DNA of 32,000 nt from Nitrospirota bacterium (GTDB lineage: Bacteria; Nitrospirota; Thermodesulfovibrionia; Thermodesulfovibrionales; JdFR-88): assembly GCA_021813405.1 (NCBI GenBank), contig JAKAKS010000033.1, positions 12,995 to 44,994 of the forward strand. The letters are read 5' to 3'. Of the stretch, positions 23,697 through 32,000 are shown one piece after another; position 1 is the stretch's first letter; every line of letters begins with the position of its first letter. The position numbers and the translations under genes are program-made. Under the pieces are notes generated by a model. The model saw only the letters and a program-made list of their open reading frames with translations. It ran no database searches and was not told the DNA's origin.

Positions 23697-25787
23697 ATGA
23701 AAGGAAAGCTTGGGAGGTTTTTTGCAGCCGGGGCGTTGTGTGTATTTGCAGTGTTATTTTTTGGGGGCTGCGGAGGGGGAGGCAGCAGTTCGCCATCCGG
23801 CTCGTCTGGCGCCCCTGTAAGCGGGTTTGTAGCCGATGGCGCTGTGGCAAACGCAACGGTAACGGCATATACCGACTCTGGGCTTACAAACCAGATTGGC
23901 TCCGGCTCCTCGGATTCAACCGGAAAATTTTCTTTTAGCCTTACTGTAACTCCGGTGCCTTCGCCTTTTTACCTGAAGTCCACCGGCGGCATAGATTTGA
24001 GCACGGGCCTGCCCGCGCCGACGATGGTGTTTGCAGGCATTACAAACGGGGCCGGCATCAATATCACCCCGCTTACGGACACGGTTTACCAGTTAAGCCT
24101 CTCCGTTGGGCTTGCTAATGCGATAACAAGCGTTGAGGGCCAGCTTGGGGTAACAAACGCTGATATTTACAGCGGAATTTCCAATTCAGCCACTGCCGCT
24201 GCTGTAAACAAGGTGGCGGATTCCGGCTCGATGGCGGCCACGCTTCCGGACGGGGCATATTATATGACCTTAATCCATGCAGGGAGCAACGAAATCCAGA
24301 ATCCAAAACACACCTTCGGCAGCATAGCGGATATCCTTACCAACAGCACGGAAGCGCTCAACATAACAGTTTCCAGCGGAGCGGTAAGCGGCACAATGTC
24401 TGATGCAAGCAATGGTACGTGTACCGTTTCAGGAAGGGTAAGCGGCGATGCAGTGGTCCTTCAAACGGCACCATGCAGCATCACTGGCAAGACCATGAGC
24501 GCAGGCGGGACCATAGGCCGGCTTGGCGGCATCACCGGCACATTTTTAGTTAATGCGCCGGGTTCAGGCCATCCCCTCAGGGCGGGCGTATTCGCCGCGT
24601 CGGCTATTCCTCAGAACGTAAACGCATCCACCTTCGCAAATGCTGTAGGCGCATCGTATACTGGACCGTTTAATTTCCTGGCCAGGGGCCTCTTTGGAGC
24701 CGGGCACAATCTGATCTGGGGCCAGGAGCCGCAGCAGCCCATACCCAGCACCATGGGCGGTACGTTTACCCCAAGTAACATCTCGGTAGCCATGGACAAC
24801 GGCTCCGGCATCAACCCAACCACAGACACCCTAGCATCCGCATCCGGGTTCGGCAGTATGGTTTCCAGCAAAGGATTGCCTACCGCGCTGGCGGTAATGC
24901 AATATACCGACATAAGCGGAGAAAACATTTTCATAGTACAGGCCGCGGGAAGCAGGGGCGGCATCTGGGTGACAGCCAATCCTGCCAACTCCAATGAGGC
25001 GGACGGAATAGGCGACTTATCCGTTACAAAGCCTGGCAGCGTAGATTCTCTTTCAGACAGCTCATATAACATCTATGTTGCATCAGTTGACCCCGGTGAA
25101 CTTGGGCAATCAAGGAGCTCCGTATTAGGCGGCATGCCGGTTTCCCCGGGAACCGCTGACTTCAGCGTTTGCAGCGGCAACACCGGGTTATGCACAAGTC
25201 TTTCCGGCTTTGGTGTAGGCAACAGCCCCGAACTGGGTGTATTTGCCGGTGACGTACTTGGGATGAAGAAGGACGACGATGACGTATGGGATGGCGCCGA
25301 GCAGGACGGATCGAACGAACATATAAGGCTGGTGCATTTCTTCGGCAGTGGCGCGTTCTCTGGCGGGGAGGAGCAGCCGGTAAACGTACCCATGATGAAT
25401 GGCGGCGGTAGCGGCATTGGGAATTTCCCGTCAGCCTTCGTGGGAATGGCCGTGCCCACATCCGGCAGCGCGCCCTCTTTCAGCGGCACGCTGAGCTTCC
25501 TGGCCAGGAATCTCTATACCACTGACGGCAACTACAATTTCAATTGGGGCTCCATAACCATCTCCGGAACCAGCGGCTCAATTACTTATGCGGGCTCCGA
25601 TGGAGGAAGCGGCACCGCCTCATTGTCAGTCTTGAATACAAACGGCGTTTACCATCTGTCCTTCCCGAGTAGCGGTGGCGGCTACATAGATGTTTTCTGG
25701 CCCGTCGGCGGCCGGAAGGCCATTTACTTCTCGTCAGACAGTAATGGAAGCATAAATGAAATAGGCGAGGCGTATATGACCCAGTAG
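23697..25787 (+). CDS. Large secreted lipoprotein of unknown function (G/S/T/A-rich)
   Basis: GGAGG lies 8 nt before the ATG at 23697. The signal and lipobox-like sequence is MKGKLGRFFAAGALCVFAVLFFGGCGGGGSSS. An N-terminal segment (VSGFVADGAVANATVTAYTDSG ... STGKFSFSL) resembles a carboxypeptidase-regulatory-like fold. The rest has no motif I recognise. Confidence 0.85.
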   Translation: MKGKLGRFFAAGALCVFAVLFFGGCGGGGSSSPSGSSGAPVSGFVADGAVANATVTAYTDSGLTNQIGSGSSDSTGKFSFSLTVTPVPSPFYLKSTGGIDLSTGLPAPTMVFAGITNGAGINITPLTDTVYQLSLSVGLANAITSVEGQLGVTNADIYSGISNSATAAAVNKVADSGSMAATLPDGAYYMTLIHAGSNEIQNPKHTFGSIADILTNSTEALNITVSSGAVSGTMSDASNGTCTVSGRVSGDAVVLQTAPCSITGKTMSAGGTIGRLGGITGTFLVNAPGSGHPLRAGVFAASAIPQNVNASTFANAVGASYTGPFNFLARGLFGAGHNLIWGQEPQQPIPSTMGGTFTPSNISVAMDNGSGINPTTDTLASASGFGSMVSSKGLPTALAVMQYTDISGENIFIVQAAGSRGGIWVTANPANSNEADGIGDLSVTKPGSVDSLSDSSYNIYVASVDPGELGQSRSSVLGGMPVSPGTADFSVCSGNTGLCTSLSGFGVGNSPELGVFAGDVLGMKKDDDDVWDGAEQDGSNEHIRLVHFFGSGAFSGGEEQPVNVPMMNGGGSGIGNFPSAFVGMAVPTSGSAPSFSGTLSFLARNLYTTDGNYNFNWGSITISGTSGSITYAGSDGGSGTASLSVLNTNGVYHLSFPSSGGGYIDVFWPVGGRKAIYFSSDSNGSINEIGEAYMTQ

Positions 25788-25808
25788 GGCCGTTTTGCCA
25801 ATGGCTAA

Positions 25809-25838
25809 GGGGCACGCTGCAGCGTGCCCCCTTTTTTT
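25809..25838 (+). terminator. Rho-independent terminator of the lipoprotein gene
   Basis: GGGGCACGCTGCAGCGTGCCCC is a 22-nt perfect palindrome. C and TTTTTTT follow. Confidence 0.8.
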
Positions 25839-25932
25839 ATCCGCGGGTCGCTAAAAAAAATTTTAAGCCGCAAAAGAGCAGGTTTTCAGGTGCACCAGAC
25901 GCCAGTGCGCCGCCCCGAATCCCACAAAAACC

Positions 25933-25975
25933 ATGACATAAACTTAATGACATATGTCATATGGACAATGTCATA
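25933..25975. repeat. Four ATGACAT half-sites in a symmetric array (operator-like)
   Basis: ATGACAT occurs at 25933-25939 (+) and 25947-25953 (+). ATGTCAT occurs at 25954-25960 and 25969-25975. The inner pair forms the perfect 14-bp palindrome ATGACATATGTCAT. Confidence 0.5.
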
Positions 25976-26152
25976 TATTGCCGGGGTATGATGGGCATGC
26001 GCCAGGCACTCAGGGCGCTGATGGCCACGTTCTTTGAAAAGATAGGGATTGAACGGCTTTGAACAGCGGAATTCAAAAAAATATTTTAAATCAGCAAGTT
26101 GAGAGTTTTGGGTTGAACACTAAAAAAGGGGGCAGGGTGCGGCAGAAAGAAC

Positions 26153-27703
26153 CTAAATCGGGTTTCCGCCAGTGCGGGGGCGGGCTGCCGACAGTTTATT
26201 CAGCGCGTTTACGTAGGCCTTTGCGGATGCTGTTATGATGTCCGTGTCCGCGCCGTGTCCGCGGACCACTCGCCCGTCTTCCTCCAGGATAACGGTAACC
26301 TCGCCCAGGGCGTCGGTGCCGCCGGTAATGCCCTTTACCTCGTATCTGTTAAGCGTGCTTTTGGTGCCGGTGATATGGACAATGGCGCGATAGGCCGCGT
26401 CCACGGGGCCATCGCCGGTAGCGGTCTCTTCCACCTCTTTGTTTTCCATGCGCAGCCTTACCGTGGCGGAAGGCTTTTGCCCCATGCCGCTTGATATGGA
26501 AAGGCCGGCAAGCCCATATATCTCGGGCGCCTTTGAAAGCCCCTCGGACACAAGCATCTCTAAATCTTCCTCATAGATGTCTTTCTTCTGGTCGGCCAGG
26601 CGCTTGAAATTCTCAAATGCCTGTTCCAGCTCGCCTTCTGCAAGCTCGAAGCCAAGATCCGCCAGTCTGGATTTAAAAGCGTGCCTGCCGGAATGCTTGC
26701 CAAGCACAAGCTTTGTGCTGTGCAGCCCGATGGATTCCGGCCGGATGATCTCGTACGTGGACTTTTCCTTAAGCAATCCATCCTGGTGGATGCCGGACTC
26801 ATGCGCGAATGCGTTTGCGCCAACTATCGCCTTGTTTGGCTGCACGGATATGCCGGTTATCTTGGTCACCAGCCTGCTTGTGCGCGTAATCTCCTCTGTG
26901 CGGATGTTTGTGTCCGCCCCGAAGAGGTCCTTGCGCGTACGCAGGGCCATTACCACTTCCTCCAGCGAACAGTTTCCGGCCCGCTCCCCTATGCCGTTGA
27001 TGGTGCATTCAATCTGTCCCGCCCCGGCCAGCACGGCTGCAAGGCTGTTGGCAACGGCAAGCCCAAGATCGTTATGGCAATGCACTGATATAACCGTCCT
27101 TTTGATGTTCGGGACGTTGTCAACAAGAAACCTGATCAGTTTTTCGAACTCCGCGGGGATTGTGTACCCCACAGTGTCCGGTATGTTCACCGTTCCAGCG
27201 CCCGCCTCTATTACCGCCTCCACAACCTCGGCCAGGTAGGCCGGTTCCGTGCGGGTGGCGTCCATGGGGGAGAACTCCACGTCGTCAACAAGGCTTTTTG
27301 CAAGTTTAACCATCTCCACGGAGCGCCTGAGCGCCTCTTTCCGGTCTACGCGGAACTGGTATTTAAGATGTATGTCCGATGTGGAATGAAACGTATGGAT
27401 GCGCTTTTTGGGGATGTCCCGCAAGGCTTCCCATGCCCTTTTAATGTCCGGCTCCTTGGCGCGGGCAAGGCTTGCTATTATCGGCCCATCAACTTCCGCG
27501 CCAACCCGTCTTATGGCGTCGAAATCCCCCTGGCTGCTTATGGCGAAGCCGGCCTCTATAACATCAACGCCAAGCCGGGCAAGCTGTTTTGCTAGCTTTA
27601 CCTTCTCGTCCACGTTCATGGATGCCCCGGGGGACTGCTCACCGTCCCTCAGGGTGGTATCGAATATCCTTATATGCCTTAAATTGCTTCCTTTTTCGCT
27701 CAT
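26153..27703 (-). CDS. leuA: 2-isopropylmalate synthase
   Basis: The motifs RIFDTTLRDGEQSPG and HCHNDLGLAVANSLAA are present, along with a C-terminal LeuA regulatory domain. The length is 516 aa. An ATGA overlap joins it to the pssA stop. Confidence 0.95.
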   Translation of the reverse strand: MSEKGSNLRHIRIFDTTLRDGEQSPGASMNVDEKVKLAKQLARLGVDVIEAGFAISSQGDFDAIRRVGAEVDGPIIASLARAKEPDIKRAWEALRDIPKKRIHTFHSTSDIHLKYQFRVDRKEALRRSVEMVKLAKSLVDDVEFSPMDATRTEPAYLAEVVEAVIEAGAGTVNIPDTVGYTIPAEFEKLIRFLVDNVPNIKRTVISVHCHNDLGLAVANSLAAVLAGAGQIECTINGIGERAGNCSLEEVVMALRTRKDLFGADTNIRTEEITRTSRLVTKITGISVQPNKAIVGANAFAHESGIHQDGLLKEKSTYEIIRPESIGLHSTKLVLGKHSGRHAFKSRLADLGFELAEGELEQAFENFKRLADQKKDIYEEDLEMLVSEGLSKAPEIYGLAGLSISSGMGQKPSATVRLRMENKEVEETATGDGPVDAAYRAIVHITGTKSTLNRYEVKGITGGTDALGEVTVILEEDGRVVRGHGADTDIITASAKAYVNALNKLSAARPRTGGNPI

Positions 27704-28428
27704 TTTAAATTTGCCTCTTGCCGGTGCGCGCCTTTTTTATGCGCCAACAGGATCAGATTTTCCACAATGCCAACCATAAGGTAAAGCATGGCGAAGCAGA
27801 ACAGGGCAATCTCCGGATACACTGCTACTACAACAATAACAACCACAATGGCCACCAGCAGCCAGAACGGTTTTCTTCCTTTGATATTAAGTTCCTTAAG
27901 CCCGTGGAACCTCAGCGTGCTTACCATGAAGCCGGCCAGCACGTACGTCAGCACAAGCACCAGCTTGTTATCGTACAGGTTAAGCTGAAGCTTGTCCGCG
28001 AACAGGACCAGCGTGGATAATATAACTGCCGCGCCCGGTATGGGCAGGCCCATAAAGGATTTTCTCTCCGTCGTCACCATCTGCACGTTGTACCTGGCAA
28101 GCCTGAGCGCCCCGCATGCCGCATAGGCAAAAGCAGCAAGCCAGCCCAGCCTGCCAAACGCCTTTATCGATATTTCGAAGATCATGATGGCCGGGGCCAC
28201 GCCGAATGCAACCAGATCGGACAGCGAATCCAGTTCTATTCCGAAACGTGTGGCGCTCCCGGTCAGCCGGGCAACAAATCCGTCCACGCCGTCAAACACC
28301 ATGGCAACCATCACCGCCCAGGCAGCTACGGAGAAGGTGCCGTTTATGGCGTAAATAATAGCCAGGAAACCGCTGAACATCCCCATCAGGGTAAAGGCGT
28401 TTGGAAGTATGTAGATGCCTTTTTTCAT
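27700..28428 (-). CDS. pssA: CDP-diacylglycerol--serine O-phosphatidyltransferase
   Basis: The CDP-alcohol phosphatidyltransferase motif is DGVDGFVARLTGSATRFGIELDSLSDLV. The protein is multi-TM. An ATGA overlap joins it to the psd stop. Confidence 0.9.
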   Translation of the reverse strand: MKKGIYILPNAFTLMGMFSGFLAIIYAINGTFSVAAWAVMVAMVFDGVDGFVARLTGSATRFGIELDSLSDLVAFGVAPAIMIFEISIKAFGRLGWLAAFAYAACGALRLARYNVQMVTTERKSFMGLPIPGAAVILSTLVLFADKLQLNLYDNKLVLVLTYVLAGFMVSTLRFHGLKELNIKGRKPFWLLVAIVVVIVVVAVYPEIALFCFAMLYLMVGIVENLILLAHKKGAHRQEANLK

Positions 28429-29066
28429 CTCCGCTTCCTGGCCAGCACCGTTTCCCCGGCCCGCACCACAGTGCCTATCTCAACCGCAAGCTCCACATCT
28501 GTTGGCAGGTACACATCCACCCTGGAGCTGAATTTAATTATTCCGAAGCGCTCCCCGCGGCTCAGCGTGTCACCGGGTTTTTTCCTGCAAACCGCCTTCT
28601 GCGCTATCGAGCCGGCCACCTGCCTTACAAGCAGTTTTTTCCTGTCCGGCCCTGTTTCCTCCATTACTGTGGAGATATGCTCATTTTTGTGAAACGCCTC
28701 CGCGGAGAAGGCCTTTTTGAAAGACCCCTTCTTATATTTTACCTGCTTTACTTCCACGTCGCAGGGCGCCCTGTTTACATGCACGTTAAGTGGGGACATG
28801 AATATGCTTACCAGCAGCGCGCGGCTTTCAAGATATTCCCCTTCGTATATCTCCTCGGTCAGGATTATCCTGCCGTCGGCCGGGGAGACGTAAATCCCTT
28901 CTTCCTGCGGCACTGTGCGCTCCGGGTCCCTGAAAAAGTAGAACATGAAGCCCAGCAGCAGGACAGGCAGAACCGTCAATATGCCGCCGCCCAGCAGCAG
29001 CGTGAGGCCGGATATTCCCGCAAAAAGGGCGAAGTATGGATAGCCTTCAGGGGCAAAAAAACGCAT
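28425..29066 (-). CDS. psd: Phosphatidylserine decarboxylase (short form)
   Basis: The 213-aa protein has an N-terminal TM region. It contains FMSPLNVHVNRAP and the C-terminal GERFGIIKFSSRVDVYLP, a proenzyme cleavage-type motif. Confidence 0.9.
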   Translation of the reverse strand: MRFFAPEGYPYFALFAGISGLTLLLGGGILTVLPVLLLGFMFYFFRDPERTVPQEEGIYVSPADGRIILTEEIYEGEYLESRALLVSIFMSPLNVHVNRAPCDVEVKQVKYKKGSFKKAFSAEAFHKNEHISTVMEETGPDRKKLLVRQVAGSIAQKAVCRKKPGDTLSRGERFGIIKFSSRVDVYLPTDVELAVEIGTVVRAGETVLARKRR

Positions 29067-29076
29067 CGATCAGCCT

Positions 29077-30153
<1,077 letters not shown>

Positions 30154-30215
30154 TTATTATAACAGAAACAGCCTGAATAACTTGATTTTTCATTCAATTT
30201 AGCCATTATAGAAAG

Positions 30216-31469
30216 ATGTCTGCGCAAAAGGACAAACTGAAGGCGAAAGGGTTATTGGCGGAATTTCTGCGCTATGCCGGGCCGCTGGGGCTTACGGCAT
30301 CATGCTGGATGGTGGGCGGCACTGTAAGGGACATGCTGCTGGGGATAAAAAAACCCGCCGACATAGACCTGGCCTGCAACTGCGATGTTATTAAGCTGGC
30401 CAGGGGATTTGCCCGTAAATGTGATGGCACGTTTGTAATGCTGGATGAGGCCCTGGGGATGGTTAGAGTGGTGAAGGGGCAGGAGCATCTGGATTTATCC
30501 AGGCTGCGCGGCGAGGGTATCGAAGACGATCTCCGGGAGCGGGACATCACCATAAACGCGATGGCGCTTGCTCTTGCCCCTTACGGAGGGAAACTTATAG
30601 ATCCGCTTGGCGGCCAGAAGGACCTGATGCGCGGACGCATAAGGATGGTAGCCGAAAAAAACCTGCGGGACGACCCCTTGCGGGTGCTGAGGTGTTACCG
30701 GTTCATGACAATGCCGGGACTCCGGATAGAAAGAAAGACTGCGCGTATTTTAAAAAAGCTCGCTCCTCTGCTGGCCGCCCCGGCCAGGGAGAGGATAACG
30801 GAAGAGTTGAAATGCATACTTCTTTCCGGCTCTGCCGCGCTGATAACGGACAGGATGCGCCGCGACGGCGTGCTGCGGTACGTTATGCCGGGCGCAGGCG
30901 CCAGGGGCATTAGCGCGGTAAAGGAACTGGACAGGCTGCTGGCGGATTTCCCTTTTGCACAACAATTCGGGCAGGTTGCCCGGCGCGAGGCCATCCCCAT
31001 GAAACTGGCCGCTCTGGCATGGGCAGACGGCAGACCGCTTGTGAGGCTGGCGCTTTCGTCCGCGCAGGTGAGATCAGCGGCGGCAATCCCGGTGTTTGCA
31101 AGGCGCTTTTTAAGGTTATATCAGGGCAAAGCAGGCCGGGAAGCGCTTGTGAGGGCGATGAGGGATTCGGGGGACCTTGTTTATGTTTATCTTATTTGCG
31201 CATGCGCCAGGCGCAGCGGCAAGAGAAGCAAAGGCGGATTTTTTCATTTTGCGGAGTCCGTGCTGGAAGATTACATTAAAACCATAAGGCCCAGGCTTGG
31301 CAGGAAACTTGTTACCGGCGATGATTTGATCACCGGGTTTGGCCTTAAACCCTCGCCGCTTATAGGCAAGATTCTGGACAGGGTGGAAATGCTTTGGCTG
31401 ACGGGGAAGATAACGAACAGGCGGGGGGCGTTGGAGGCAGCGGGGCGGTTTTTGAGGGCTGTTAATTAA
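30216..31469 (+). CDS. cca: CCA-adding enzyme / poly(A) polymerase family tRNA nucleotidyltransferase
   Basis: The head-domain motif is MVGGTVRDMLLGIKKPADIDL, with RDITINAM and the body motif DPLRVLRCYRF. The length is 417 aa. Confidence 0.8.
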   Translation: MSAQKDKLKAKGLLAEFLRYAGPLGLTASCWMVGGTVRDMLLGIKKPADIDLACNCDVIKLARGFARKCDGTFVMLDEALGMVRVVKGQEHLDLSRLRGEGIEDDLRERDITINAMALALAPYGGKLIDPLGGQKDLMRGRIRMVAEKNLRDDPLRVLRCYRFMTMPGLRIERKTARILKKLAPLLAAPARERITEELKCILLSGSAALITDRMRRDGVLRYVMPGAGARGISAVKELDRLLADFPFAQQFGQVARREAIPMKLAALAWADGRPLVRLALSSAQVRSAAAIPVFARRFLRLYQGKAGREALVRAMRDSGDLVYVYLICACARRSGKRSKGGFFHFAESVLEDYIKTIRPRLGRKLVTGDDLITGFGLKPSPLIGKILDRVEMLWLTGKITNRRGALEAAGRFLRAVN

Positions 31470-31493
31470 AGGGCGCGGATTTCCGCGCCCTTT
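31468..31493. terminator. Bidirectional rho-independent terminator between the convergent cca and ankyrin genes
   Basis: The sequence is AAA-GGGCGCGG-ATTT-CCGCGCCC-TTT. The 8-bp GC stem is flanked by an A-tract and a T-tract. Confidence 0.75.
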
Positions 31494-31511
31494 AATTCTG
31501 TTTTTGCCTTG

Positions 31512-32000
31512 CTACTGTGCGCCGGCCCGTTTCAGTATGCGGACGATCTTATCGTAAGTGTTTCTTTCCTGCTGGCTGAGGGGCGTATAAATCGGGTTAA
31601 AATTGGAATCGAGGTTGGTTATATTCCCTTTTTCGATCTTTTCATAAGCCCATCCCAGCGCGGTTTTTCCAGCGTAGTCCTTCATGTTTACGTCCGCGCC
31701 GTGTTTAATCAGTAGCTCTACAAAGTCCGCATCCGCATGGTCAACCGCCTGCATCAGGGCGGTATATGAGCTGCAGATTGCATTCACATCCGCTCCGTGC
31801 TTTATGAGGACCAGGGCGGTATCCGGATGATCGTTAAGGGCCGCCCAGAGCAGCGCAGTTACTTTTGAGGTTGGAATACTGGCGTTTACATCCGCGCCCC
31901 TGGCTATCAGCAGTTCCACAACTGCCGTCTGCCCTTTGCTTGCCGCTTCCATCAGCACCGTTGCATTAAGGTCATTATCTCTTGAATTCACATCCACGCC
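31512..32000 (-). CDS. Ankyrin-repeat protein (N-terminus beyond the right window edge)
   Basis: At least four ANK repeats are visible: TVLMEAASKGQTAVVELLIARGADVNA, TALLWAALNDHPDTALVLIKHGADVNA, TALMQAVDHADADFVELLIKHGADVNM and KTALGWA. The frame stays open to position 32000. Confidence 0.85.
   Translation of the reverse strand, partial: GVDVNSRDNDLNATVLMEAASKGQTAVVELLIARGADVNASIPTSKVTALLWAALNDHPDTALVLIKHGADVNAICSSYTALMQAVDHADADFVELLIKHGADVNMKDYAGKTALGWAYEKIEKGNITNLDSNFNPIYTPLSQQERNTYDKIVRILKRAGAQ

Noticed and set aside
23593-23868. The 91-aa minus-strand ORF across the lipoprotein gene start
   Set aside because: It is antisense to a well-supported start region (SD plus signal peptide). Its product is R/Q/L-rich and low-complexity.

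Overview
This is a GC-rich chromosomal window from a bacterium that looks anaerobic and cytochrome-rich. The ilvC-psd-pssA-leuA order and the multiheme cytochrome resemble Desulfuromonadota or Nitrospirota genomes; that placement is inference only. I support about 28 protein genes and found no rRNA, tRNA, CRISPR array, transposase or integrase.

Gene content, left to right:
- An FtsX-type ABC permease cut by the window edge and missing from the ORF track, with a secreted YVTN beta-propeller that ends in a CXXCH motif.
- A YeeE/YedE sulfur-transport homologue behind an ABC-2 exporter pair.
- An ICMT-like membrane methyltransferase fusion and a tetraheme cytochrome c.
- A two-component system followed by an OMF-MFP-RND efflux operon, with a divergent PepSY gene.
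- A low-GC islet carrying an acyltransferase-3 gene.
- ftsH, a NahK-like kinase translationally coupled to a small unknown protein, and ppnP.
- Two tandem LuxR-family paralogues divergent from a structured leader and a 696-aa lipoprotein.
- The ilvC-psd-pssA-leuA operon, a CCA-adding enzyme gene, and an edge-truncated ankyrin-repeat gene.

Best lead: the YeeE/YedE gene does not really end at the TGA given in the ORF track. That TGA sits exactly at the third invariant Cys of the family. A hairpin follows 12 nt downstream, then 39 more in-frame codons that encode the missing last TM helix, then a second stop and a strong terminator. I read this as a selenocysteine-containing YeeE.

Second lead: a self-contained regulatory module of unknown function. 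It consists of two LuxR paralogues sharing a 113-bp near-identical tract, a perfect 22-bp inverted repeat in lux-box position, a short ORF translated through a nested terminator, and a large lipoprotein.
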